Source of the DNA: Glycera tridactyla
Lineage: Eukaryota
Direction: 5' to 3'
Assembly (NCBI GenBank): GCA_965644265.1
Contig: OZ286463.1
Location: forward strand, 27,404,001 to 27,468,000
Length of the DNA: 64,000 nt
In this document: one piece after another, positions 27,451 to 39,491 of the stretch
Numbering within the stretch: position 1 is the stretch's first letter
Layout of the letters: every line of letters starts with the position of its first letter
Made by a program: the position numbers and the translations under genes
The notes under the pieces: generated by a model
Told to the model about the DNA's origin: nothing
Databases searched by the model: none
What the model saw: the letters and a program-made list of their open reading frames with translations, nothing else

Positions 27451-27999
27451 TGTATCTTTGACTTTTCACAGACCATGCTCAATGGAAATTGAAAATTTAC
27501 AAAGAGGATATAGTAACTGTTTCCCAAGGAATACTGTTGACTTTGTCTTCAGAGTGTATGCGAAAACAAAATTTACTTGAGATTGTTCATGATTTTATAG
27601 GTGGCTTGAGTATTGAGATGATATAATGTTGGCTGAATGTAGATGTGAATGTGAATAACTCTATTTTATAATAACAAGTAGAGTTAGCTACTAAACTATT
27701 CAGTATCAATTAACTTGATTATTCGTAACAGCACATTAATGGTTAGTGACAATACAATCGGCTTCAAACGATGATAATGCAAGGAATGCAAAGAAACACC
27801 TCAAACAATGATGTGTACTAACTTACTTGGGGAACAGCTTGTGGTCTGAATATTCGTTTTAAAGATCTTTGGAAAGGATAAAAGTAAAGGTAGTTTGCGA
27901 AGAAGCTCACAAAAAACAAAATATTTATGAGTTTGATAATTATGCTATTGAACAAGTAAGAATAATTTCAATTTTTTTTAGCTATTAGCTGGTGAGAAG

Positions 28000-28850
28000 A
28001 CACTGTATCTGTTGCTGTGATAGTTCCAAGTATCCGCTGCTGTGAACAAGAAATTACTTTCACACTTGTTCAAGTTGACTTTTGGTTTTCCCAGATATAT
28101 TTTATCTTGATGTCTAGCGAAAGATCATGAGATGCTACCCGCGTTCCACAATAGGTCTCAATATTTTGGGGTTCATCATCATGGAGAAACTTGCAGCTTT
28201 GCAAAAGGAGATGTTGCTTGTGTCTTTTATCAACTGTAATTCCTCATGGAGGGCTTCCATCCTATATAATCTGGGTCTCATTAATGAAACATTGAGGACA
28301 TCATGTTGTACCCTATGGGGGGCAGCAGCATCTTTCTGATTCATTCCTAAATATATGTGACATCACAGTAATCTATGATGGGTAATACTAAGCTTCAAAA
28401 GAGCATCATGGCTGTGTCTTTATTCGAGAGAGATCTCAATCTACTTAAGAACTTCACTCTATCGCCGGCTTTTGTTCTGGTATATGAGACATGCTCATGC
28501 TCTACCAACTGTGAAACTTCCAGGTATTTCAAGTTGTTTACAATTTCAATGTCTTCAGTTTTCAATTGACCTTCAACATTTGTGCATTTTGCAATCCTAT
28601 CCTTATAGAGAGCCTATCTGCAGCCAACACTCTAGTGATGGATACTATCATGTCATCCTAATTTTTTCAAGTGATTCAACTGTTGGACTGTTGGATTGTG
28701 ATTGCTATATCATCGGCATATGAATTTAATGTCATGTTATTTAGATAATTTGGCATGTCATTGACATATTTGGTGAAAAGGAGTGGACCTAAAATTGATC
28801 CCTGTGTGACACTACTCTTGACGGTCTGGTGACTTGACAGGGCTCCTGAA
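28000..28850 (-). mobile_element. Decayed CR1 RT fragment
   Basis: VKSSVTQGSILGPLLFTKYVNDMPN...SYADDIAI in ORF 28676-28978. Downstream LNVSLMRPRLY and LQLI remnants at 28135-28344. Confidence 0.8.
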
Positions 28851-29964
28851 ATGATTTTATATGGCCATTTCAAGATGGAGAAGAGGAAGAAATGGCAGAG
28901 GATAATCCACAAATCAGTCATAACCCTGTGAATCAAATATCTATTCCCAGAGAGATTTGGGGTATGTTGTCCGATCAATCAAATCAGGTTGTGTTGGCAT
29001 TGGAGGCAATCAATGGATCCAGTCTGGTAGAGGGCATGAATGGTACTCTTTATTCAGACACAATAGAGGTCCGTCTGGTGCACTAGAAATTAAGATGGTC
29101 AGCTGAGGTGACGTCTGCTCAGAGAATTTCAGTAGATCACACAATAGGAGGGTGTCCCGTCATGCAGAAGGGTATCGTGCTCCCGTGCTCAGTGGACCTG
29201 AGGGGAGACAAATGACTTCTAGTCAATCATTGAAATAACTTCTTGATCAAATGTTACTCAGGTTATAGCTTCACAATCACAAGTGGCAAGTCTGTCAACT
29301 AATTAGCTTCATGTACATGGTCAGTTGTGACCAGAAATCAATACTGGATATCAGAAGTCATTGGAACTGCTGGGCCAAGCAATTCATGGGCTCTGGTGAT
29401 GGTATATACCATCGTCAGCTGATGGAAGAGGAGGTTGTATTGAGGTCAAATCATCTAAATCGAGAAAATCATGCAATGTTCATATCATTCTAAATGATTC
29501 ATTCTTTGTTTCCTTAAAAGATTCATTTAATGCCATTTCTGGAATTAGATATCTTTATATATTGTTTGATTTTGTACTTAGATCCTACATAAGTTTGGCA
29601 AAGCTATTCAGGATCTGAGTACCGAATAGCACTACACTTGCCAATCTATGTTATAATATCACATGCAGTATCTCTGTGTCTGCTCAATTTCACTGTTGCC
29701 CCTTTGTGTACATTCATCTTGGTTGGCAAAGACTGAAGTTGTGTAAGGAGAGACTGGGCCATCAATTAAAGGATATCTTACTATGGATTAACTTGTAAAA
29801 TACCCATCAAAAGAGAGACTCTCTCTATCAATTCGATGTTCAGTGCGCCATGACTGCCAATGCTCCAATTCATAGATTTATGTGTATACAGATTTCTGTG
29901 AAAGCATGTGAGACAGGGGCAATGAATTGGACTGGTACAGTTAGACATTGTGCTTGCCAAAATA

Positions 29965-31920
29965 ATAACAATAGACAATAGAAAAAACTTGATCCAATTC
30001 CAGACTGGGTGGCCAAAATCCGACCATATTTCTCATTAAGAATACAAATATGATAACGTATATGCAGTAAGTGAAACAAACACAATACAAAGTGGCTAAC
30101 CATTCGCCCAACAAATTAATCGATCAACTCTGACATCAGCTTTCGTCCAACAAATTATTCGATCAGCTCAAAACATATCAGCTCGTAACAGAGTAGTAAT
30201 TGCATCTCGAAGATAAAAAAATGTAGACCGATAAAAATCAACAAAGCCCCAAATTGTCCAAATACTTATTCGCCCTATCGGCACCATCTCCAAGCATTAG
30301 TACAGTCTCAACCTGAAGATTATCAACTAGCTCAGAAACCATAGTGCTGTACCTAGATAATAATTGGACAGCAGTTATGGCACACATCATGCCACCAAAT
30401 TTAATGAGACAATACTGATATCATGTAAGTTAGCACAGGTGAATTAATAGACAAGGCATAAATGCACAAAAGACTCGCATGCACGTCGCTTGTCAAAAGG
30501 GGACACATCTCTGTGTGTGTATGTGTGTGTGTGTGTGTGTGCCCCACCACCCCACCTTTCCCCCACTCACCCACCAATCTCCCCCACCCCAGGCTCAACC
30601 TCTCCCACCCTCAGACTCACCACACCAATCCCCCCACCCTTCCCCTCACACACACACCCGCCCCCATATCTGCGGCCCTTCCCCACCCATCCCTGGCTCT
30701 TACCCCCCCCCACCCATCCCTGGCTCTTACCCCCCAACCCTGGACCCAACCAACCAATCCCCCACCAGCAACACCCCCCTACCCTGATCACCGATCCCCC
30801 CTTGCCCCACCCAACCCCCTCCCCACACCCACCTTCCCCTACTTCTGCCGCCCCCCCCCCCCCCCCGGACAAACTTTTCTCCTCAACCCTGGCCCCACCC
30901 CCACCCATACATGCGTATGTATAAGAAAGCTCCCATTTTGTTGTCCAATTACTGATGCATATGTATACCAAATTTCAAGAAAGTAGGTGCAATATTAGCC
31001 GAGTGAGGCTTCAAAGAAAAACTTTGACCAAAACTTTAACCTCAGACCTTCACGCCGACCAACTGGATGATTACAAAGACTCGCATTTAGCTTTGCATGA
31101 AAAAAAGTGACAGTACAAATCATCAGCTAATTTCGCTTTCAGGCGGCAAAAACCACAAATAATAAACGAGAAGCTTACAATTCAAAGCCTTTCAAGATGA
31201 CCTATTTCGGGCACAATCAATGAGCAATAATTATCTCTATCCTCTGTATGGTATCAATTGGCAGTGAGATAAAACAATGCGCACAAGTGCCAGTCAAAAT
31301 ATACAAGTAGATAAAGAATAGCTCTAAACACATCAGCTTGTATCAGAATAGTAGTTGCCGTTCGACTCGAGGATAAGTTAATGTAGACTAGTTGTCATCA
31401 ACAAAACCCCTGATGGACCAGTTACTTGGTGGGGTATCCGGTTGAGGCTACTTAGTTGCCCTACCGGCATAATCTCCAGATGTCAGTACCGCTAGAGTTA
31501 ACATACAACTCAACCAAAAAATTGTCAAGTAGTTCAGTTACGAGAGCGCCTCGCTAGATCTAATAATAGTACTGATATAATGTATGTTTCAATAAGCACT
31601 ATAGTAATTCAGCTGGAAAACGAGTGACAATACAAGTCATGAGCCAATGCCACTACGGGCAGCAAAAAACACAGATAAGAAAGAAGGAACATATAACATA
31701 AGCATCACAGATGAGAAACAAGGTACGTATAATTACAAGTATCTCAAGATAAGCTATTACGATCACAGACTAAGGCGGTAATGCAACCTTGTGGGAACAT
31801 TTGTCATGCTGAGAAGCATCAAAGTATTGTGCTGGCAATCACATCATACCTTCGCAGGGATCAGAACCGTTGTTTTCGGATCAGTTCAGGCAACTGACCG
31901 GGCAAATATCCAGGGAGTTT
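29965..31920 (-). mobile_element. 3' fragment (mostly 3'UTR) of a CR1 family related to the 47880-50203 copy, interrupted by a HINE-like insert
   Basis: The terminal ~90 bp (caatagacaatagaaaaaactt...gggtggcc...ttaagaatacaa) aligns with 47889-47970. The (CTATTGT)-type tail is shared. The right boundary is approximate. Confidence 0.5.
30450..31110 (+). mobile_element. HINE-like element with a (TG)n run and C-rich low-complexity interior
   Basis: acaagg start. aaagactcgcat occurs near both ends (~30468 and ~31075). Core ccaaatttcaagaaag and actttgaccaaaactttaacc motifs. (TG)n at 30512-30541 and a C-rich tract at 30542-30905. Confidence 0.5.
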
Positions 31921-31957
31921 TGATATGACAGATGCTGGCTGGCTGGATGTATGTATG

Positions 31958-33305
31958 CATAACATAACATAACATAGCATAATTTGATTAACGAGTCATT
32001 GGTCATTTACAAATACACGAGTGTTATATATGTGTGTTAGTTTGACCCCGACCCCTGACGGGCCTACAAGACTCAACAACCTACATTTGAAATCAGTTGC
32101 ATATGGTTTTAGTAATAGTTAGTTGGTATGTTTAGTGAGATATATACTTTGGTCATTCCCATAATAGAGTGCTGATAGCATGTTAGGTTGGATCTGACCA
32201 GTGTGAGGGGTTTGTCGAAATCTTTGATTTTGTATATACATTCGTAGTTTTGGCTTCTCACTGATCTCATCCACCCTGTCCTTTCTGGCCTTGAAGTACA
32301 AACAGGTATATATGTTATCCAGGCATACTTGTGAGTCTGGTTCATATATCATGTCCAGCTCTTGGTGTATTGACAAAACATCGGAGAGCCAACTTTTACA
32401 CTCTTGTGATCGATCCCATTGGTGAATTTTTTTTGGTATTCTGTGACCTTTCATAGCACTCAATCTATTGTGGTATGGGAGAATGTTCACCCATCTATGG
32501 AATGCCATTAGGATGGCATCCATTTCTGTATGTGTGGCTGCTAATGGGGCAAATCGATGAAGTCCTAGGTAAAATCTGATAATTCTGTTGTACAATACCT
32601 GGGGTCCTGGGTAGTCTCTGTACCCCACACTGCAGCGCCGGGGTTGGCCACCAGGAGGATGTAGGTATCGAATAGGGTATTGTATGTACTAAATCTCATA
32701 TCCTTTAGTGATGTGAACATATTAACATTTCTCCCAAATGACCTACCCGTCGCTGCAGTGAGGGAGTTCACTGTTTTCTTATAATCTAGAAACTCATTCA
32801 CCCAGCACCCCAGGTATTTATAATTGTTGACAAACATTAATTCGTTCTCACCAAAGGTGAAGTTAACATTTCTTCTTGGTCGTTGTTTGTTTCTCACATG
32901 CACCACCTGCCTTTTTTTACATTGATACTCATGCACCAGGTGGTGCACCAGGAATTCAGGATATTCATCATACATTGTATGTTGGTTGGCAAACCACTCA
33001 GCAGGACCATATCATCAGCGTATACTAGAATACTCAATTGGTCATCTCCAATCTTCACACCTCAGTCGGCTCGGATAAGCTCTTTTGCTAGGTTGTTAAT
33101 AAACATTGCAAAGAGCGTGGTGGAGAGAGAGTCCCCTTGTCCCCCTCCTGTCAGTACCGAAAACCAATCTGTGAAAATTCCATTTAGTCTGACACAACTG
33201 CCTATAAATGGCTCTGACCGCATTGTAGATGCTGCCTTCAATTCCATTTCCTAAAAATTTATGGAACAGGAGCTCGTGGTTCACATAGTCGAAGGCTTTC
33301 TGCAT
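31958..33305 (-). mobile_element. 5'-truncated RTE-X/L2-like non-LTR RT fragment with a (TTATG)n tail
   Basis: QKAFDYVNHELL, GGGQGDSLSTTLFAMFINNL, YADDMVLL, YKYLG, AAVWG, RFYLGLHRFAP...EMD and KPKLR. Frameshifted. Tail cataacataacataacatagcataa at ~31958-31983. Confidence 0.75.
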
Positions 33306-33309
33306 GTAT

Positions 33310-33725
33310 TTATGTAGGTAGGTAGGTAAGTAGGTAGGGAGGTATAAATGTGGGTAGGTAGGTAGGTAGGTAGGTAGGTTGTCTTTTGGGTGGATAGGTG
33401 GCTGAGTAGTTGGGTGGGTGGGTTGATAGGTCAGTGAGTGGGTGAATGGGTGAGTTGGGTGGTTGAATAGGTTGGTGGGTGGGTGGGAAGGTAGATGGGT
33501 AGGTGGCTGAGTGAGATTCGGGTAGGTAGATAGGTTGGTAGATATATATGTAGGTAGGTGGTTGGCTAGGTAGATGGGTTGGTGGACAGATATATGGATG
33601 GATGGACAGTTATGGAGGTGAGTGTGTGGGTCGGTAGGTGGGTGGGTGAATGGGTAGGTAGGTGGGTAGTTTGGTAGGTAGGAGGGTATGTGGGAGGGTG
33701 GATAGGTAGGTGGGTATATATATAT
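33310..33725. repeat. Complex (GGTA/GGGT/GAGT) microsatellite tract followed by a HINE-like aggtcaaggtca motif
   Basis: G/T-rich tetramer repeats. The ORF 33096-33749 is a low-complexity product of this tract. Confidence 0.85.
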
Positions 33726-34904
33726 CAGTGTATTAGAGGTCAAGGTCATACCTCCAGGGTCAATGGGTCAGAGTGACACAGTAATCATGATACTGTTTCA
33801 GCCACTCTCCCATCAGAACTGCAGACTGGAATAATTACTCTCCCTAGAATCAATTCACTCTTCCGAATTGGTAAGAGGAAAACCATACATCAGATGGCCC
33901 TACTTGCATTTATCAGCATTTGCCTGGCTTTGCAATTCATATGTCCACCAGTTAGAGTTTTCTTAGGGCATCTCAGCCTAACACCTGGCATGACTAATTA
34001 CGCAAAACTAGGTCACTTTAACATTGCAGTTTTCCACTCATGTATCTTACCCATGAGGAGATTTTCTTGATTCTTCCCATGAATATCCTTCCCAAAATAT
34101 AATGATGGCAGAACATGAATGATCTTTGTCCTGAAGCTGTGTGATATAACATTGTCTTATGCATGCAATTGATGGTATAAACATCATCTGTTTTCTCTCT
34201 TTTTTTCTTCTTCGTGTATTTGTCTATACATTGTTAAGAGTGCTTATGTAATGCAACCTTTCCCTCCCAGACATTTGCGGGGACCAAGAAAAAGAAGTTT
34301 CCCACCCATGTTCATTGCATGGACGTCACAATATAGCATTATTGAGCATCACATGACTCACCGAAGAGAAAATTATGTATATCACATGTGATGCACATGT
34401 ATTAGAGATGACTGGCCATATCCCGTGTAACACATGGATGTATTCTCTCCCTTTGCTTCTTTGAAGCATTCAAACAGAAAATCGTCAATGCAAATTTAAA
34501 TTGTCAGTCGCATCTGTACTGGAAACCTTCTATCCTTCCTATGGGGGCCACTTGTGCTGATTGTTTGTTTGTCTGTTTGAATAAAACGTCACTTAAACCC
34601 GCTTGGGTTATATCCTACTGAAAAGAATGAAAATGCTATGGGAAAGAGTCACTGCAGTTGGCATGCACTGGGTTAGCATGCACTTGATTTATATTTGTCT
34701 AAATATTCCCAACTCATGCAAATGATCAAATATGTCTGGTGGATCGACTTTCATGAGAAGTTGTGTGAGGGGTGCTCTAGTCAGGACTGGCTGTACACAA
34801 TTTGTGATTCTTACATTTAACTCAGATGACCTTTTTGAATGCAATTTTTTGGTGAAATGCTGCTTGTTGAATTGTCCTGGAGTTGTTGTTTCACACAATT
34901 TTGA

Positions 34905-35085
34905 TAGAACCTCGATGCAAAGACCGCCTTTGGTCACATCAAAAACGGTCTTCATTGGTAGGTGGTCTTCATCAGGAGGTCATTCACTGTTGAAAATACT
35001 ACCATGCCGGTGTCACAGTTCAGGGTGGTCTCCATAGGGAGGTGTTCTTTATGGAGAGGTCATCTTTAGAGGAGGTTTGACTGTA
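34905..35085. mobile_element. Tc1/mariner-type MITE
   Basis: Right end gaggtttgactg-TA at 35072-35085. Degraded left end tagaacctc...aaagaccgcct. Repeated (ga)ggtggtc/aggtc internal motifs. Confidence 0.55.
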
Positions 35086-36949
35086 TATGCCAGCCTCTCA
35101 AATGCTTGCCCTTGTGACTTATTGATTGTCATAGAATATGCCAACAACAATTTAATGTTTCAATTATCTACAAACTGAGTGAAATTACAGTCAACGAATC
35201 GGGTCACGCATGCAAACACCCACCCAAACACACACACACTCACAGATGATGGGAATGAGGATGCAGCTATATATACCCCTTCTCTTCACTGTCATCTGTT
35301 AGGGTGGGTGGGTGGGTGTAGACACGCTGATACTGGTAGTCAGCTAATAGTCTGCTGCACCCCTCTCAGCTACAGATGGTGCTGTGCCTACGCCCGGCCA
35401 TTCAGTCAACCACAGCCACTCACTCACCCCAACTGGACTGTGCTTCACTGAGCCGAACACGGCTCCATATGAAATATAGGAGCCGAGAGCGGCTTCCTCG
35501 ATTCTCAACAGTCATTGGCTGATACAGACACGTGAGTTTGATGAGCCATGATTAAAAATGTCAGAGGAAGCCCAAATAAACTTCATGGGGAAGTGACAAC
35601 TGAATTACCATGTGTATCAAACATTAATATAACCTTACCATGAACATATGGCACACCCTGGAAATAACACTAAATGATCATGTTCGAAATTAGGGAATTG
35701 AAAACAGAGCAGCATTTATTTTTTTCAATCATGACTGATCCTGTCAGGTCAGGAGATATAATCTCACACAATCAGCACCCCACTGTGGTGGTTTGTTGGT
35801 CCAGCGCAGATAGCCCAGAGAGCAGCACCCGGACAATCCTGGACGCTGACCAAGGCCGCTACCGACTACTTTTGTAGTTATGTAGTGCAGAGATTGAGCC
35901 TGCTTGTTCAGCTTAGTGCTTCAGATGCCCTCCCCCTCCTAATTACCCTCATTCTGACCTACACGGCCACAGCTGGTTCCTGTTATTGATGCAAACATGT
36001 TCATCAGAGGGAACAACACTGACAGTGACCCCAGGAGTAGACACAAGGCCCATCTCAAATAGAGCTGAGTTCACTGGCTAGGAGAATGGAGATAGTGGGC
36101 ACCACCATGATGTAGAATCTATGCAGATGACAGAGAGCTTGACAAGATTTCATGAAAAGTCATGATCTCATGCAAAATATTTTATCACCAACCAGGATTA
36201 CTCCTACCTCTGCCAGTCTCATTGACAATATTCTTACTAACAGACCAGAATATAATTCATTTAAAGGTACTCTCGATCCAACCCTAAGTGACCATAAACT
36301 CATATATACCACCCCCCACAGAGGCAAGCTGCCAAAAATCACCTCCTTTCATAAAGTCAGATCTTTTTGCAAGCTTACCACCAAACTACTAGCTGCCTCC
36401 TAATTCCAGGAGACGATCACCAAGGTGCTTGACAATCTAGGTCCCATAAAATCCATGCCTATACGAAATGAGAGCCAACCCGAGATTGACTCTGACTATA
36501 TCAGTCTTATTGATCAGAATATCACAGTAAAAAATACTCAGATAGTCAATCGATCCTGAACTTCGAACTCAAATGCAAAGCTCTCCAACTCAAGTCACAT
36601 CTTAAACATGCAATCAAAAAATCTACTCTCCGAACATTAAGATGACCCCAAAAAACTATGGAAATAAATAAAAAATATCTGGCCTTTGGCTCGAAAGGCC
36701 ACCATCACTCCTTTCTTGACAAACATACTTCTGATATCTCCCTTTTAGACCAAGCCAACTCATATTTCTCAAATATCGGTGAAAATCTTTCTGACGAATT
36801 CAATAATATTTCTCATCCCGATGATCTCCCGCTTCCAGATGAACCTCAAAAGATTTTCAGATTCGAATACATCTCAATTGCTGATGTCGGAGAATGTATC
36901 AAGAGTCTGAGTTCTTCTGGGGTTACTGGCCCTGTTGGTCTATCCTCTT

Positions 36950-37466
36950 TTACTTGCATTACTTACACTGGGAACATCCACCTCAAGCATCACCTCCTAC
37001 TATAGTACATACCTCTCTGCATACACAGATGGCACACCAGAACCTACCACGGAAAGTGAAATTCCTTACTTTGTTACTACCATATGGTGTACTTTTGTAT
37101 CACTTGCATGAATTGCAATAACTGCGCTACCTGTGTAAATACTAGCAGTAATTGCCACAATGCGATCTGAGCATGCCAGCTGTGATCATGTATCACTTGT
37201 ATTATTTGTATCAATTATGTTATATGTGTGAATATCAATATTAATCGCTATTGTATGCTCTGATCTTGCCAACTGTACTTATGTGTCACTTGTATCATTT
37301 GTGTCACCTGCATTAACCTTGCTACCTTTGTAAATAATTGATTTGATTGTTACTGTGCATTCTGAACATGCCAGCTGAAGTTATGTTTGCATAAGCATAT
37401 TATACGACCCTGGTGGTGCATATGTAATCTTGTTGAACTTATGCATTAAAATATTTCTCATCTCAT
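36950..37466 (+). mobile_element. Short LINE 3'UTR fragment inserted in the host CR1 ORF2
   Basis: It interrupts GPVGLSS//FIVKMFCHDV and ends with attaaaatatttctcatctcat, the same (CTCAT)-type tail as at 50418-50451. Confidence 0.5.
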
Positions 37467-39491
37467 GTTATCATTCATTGTCAAAATGTTCTGTCATGAT
37501 GTATTGTCTATTTTAATTGCCATACTCAACCTGACCATTGACAAATGTATATTTCCCTCAATCTGGAAAAATGCTATTGTTACTCTCATCCATAAAGGAG
37601 GTCCTACATCTGGTTTCGACAATTTTAGCCCGATCTCAATTCTACCTGTTCTCGGCAACCTTTCCTGAGTGAATCATTCACTACAAACCTATGATTTCAT
37701 CTCATCTCATGACATACTTCATCATAGGGAATTCGGGTTCAGGAGGGGTCACTCCACGGGGTCATGTCTCACTGGGCTCCTTGATAAGATTTATCTGGGA
37801 GCCCAGGGGGGCTGCCTCACTGGGGTCCTCTTTCTCAACCATAGGAAGGCCTTTGATATGGTATGTCATGACCTCCTCTTAAAGAAGCTTCCCCATTATG
37901 GCTTCCATGGAAATTGTATCTCCTGATTTCACTCTTACCTTAGCAATATAAAACAAGCAGTGAAAATAAATAACCAAGTTTCATCCTTTGCTGATATAAA
38001 CTACGGATTTCCCCAAAGATCAATCCTAGGACCTATTTTATCTATTATGTATACCCACAATTTGTATGTCAATATTAAATCCTGTGATAATTTCCTATAT
38101 GCGGACAACACTACCTTGTGCTACACAGGCCGTGACATTCGAGATATTGAATCCTGCCTCAATAAAGATCTTGTCATCATCGCAGACAGGTTCAACAAAG
38201 CAAAATTTATCTTAAACACCTACAAATCTTGTTCTATGTTGTTTGGCACCAGTTGTCGTATCCAGCAATCTACATCTCTGAATCTTTCCTATGCCAATTC
38301 ACAAATTTTGAATGTCAAAACATATAAATACTTAGGTGTCACTCTTGACCCAACTCTATATTTTTCTGAGCACATGAACAAAATTATCGATAAAGTTAAA
38401 TTACAACGATATGCCCTCTTCTTCCTACGGCCTTCTATCAATCAAAACATGGCCATATATCTGCATAACTCTCTAATCAAACCTGTATTTGCATATTGTG
38501 ACTTTATCTTTGACAGATGCAATGTCTCTGACTGCTCTAATTTACAAGTTGCTCAAAATAGATGCATGAGTACCATCAAGATGAGTGGTTGGAGCAATTC
38601 TGCAACCCAGTTATGTCAACAGCTCAAAATGGTGAAATTAATTACCCTGAGATCTCTTTCTACTGCCAATGAACTACACAAAGCATTTCATGGACTCTCT
38701 CCCCGGACTTTTCAAATTCATTCTACATTTGAAATTCACCCCTTACCATTCAAACTCGCTCAGCTAGTAATGATCATTTTCTTCTAGAAAGCCCCTTTAA
38801 TCGCCTGTCCATCTCTGACCAAAATATTCAATATAGAGGAGCATGCCTATGGAACTCCCTCTCCAACGAAATTCTGAATTTTCCCCGTCTGTCCACCTTC
38901 AGAATTGAAACTGCTGAATTTTTTGGAATATCATTGAAACCACAATTTTTGATTCACTCATGCATCTCAAATTATTTCACTGCACTGACATATCATGTAG
39001 CTAGCTGAATGATTCTCTTATTTGTTCACTCATTGTCTTCTTGTCGATGACTTCTATATATATTGATTGATTGATATTTCTTTATTTCAGTTTGTCAGTA
39101 ATCAGTTACATCAATCAGTGATGCGTTTCCGGTTCGACAAACACCATTACCATAATCACAAATGACAATCAAATTAAAGAGAAAAATGTAACAGAGTGGA
39201 AATAATTGAGTCATTCATATTGAACAAAAATAATACAAGTTGAACGATACCGATATCTATTCCACTTGTTCAACATTAAGACACCTTTTGGTAAGAAAAG
39301 AAGAGAGAGAAGTAGAAGAGGAAGCAAACAGTGAGAGGAGAAAATAATTAAATATAAATTTCCCAAATTCAGTTAGACACATCACCTTGATATTATTAGT
39401 ATTAAGTATAATCTTTGAGGATTCAAGAACATATTCAAGAACAACTTCAAGAACAACTTCAAAATCCAAGCATATGGTCCTTCCATATCAA

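Noticed and set aside
30462-30986. Pro/His-rich and Gly-rich ORFs of 100-174 aa on both strands
   Set aside because: They are translations of a (TG)n run and C-rich low-complexity tract inside a HINE-like element, open in several frames because the tract lacks stops.
33096-33749. 217-aa ORF with PTYLPT repeats apparently fused to an RT motif
   Set aside because: A microsatellite tract abuts a 5'-truncated RT, so the fusion is incidental.
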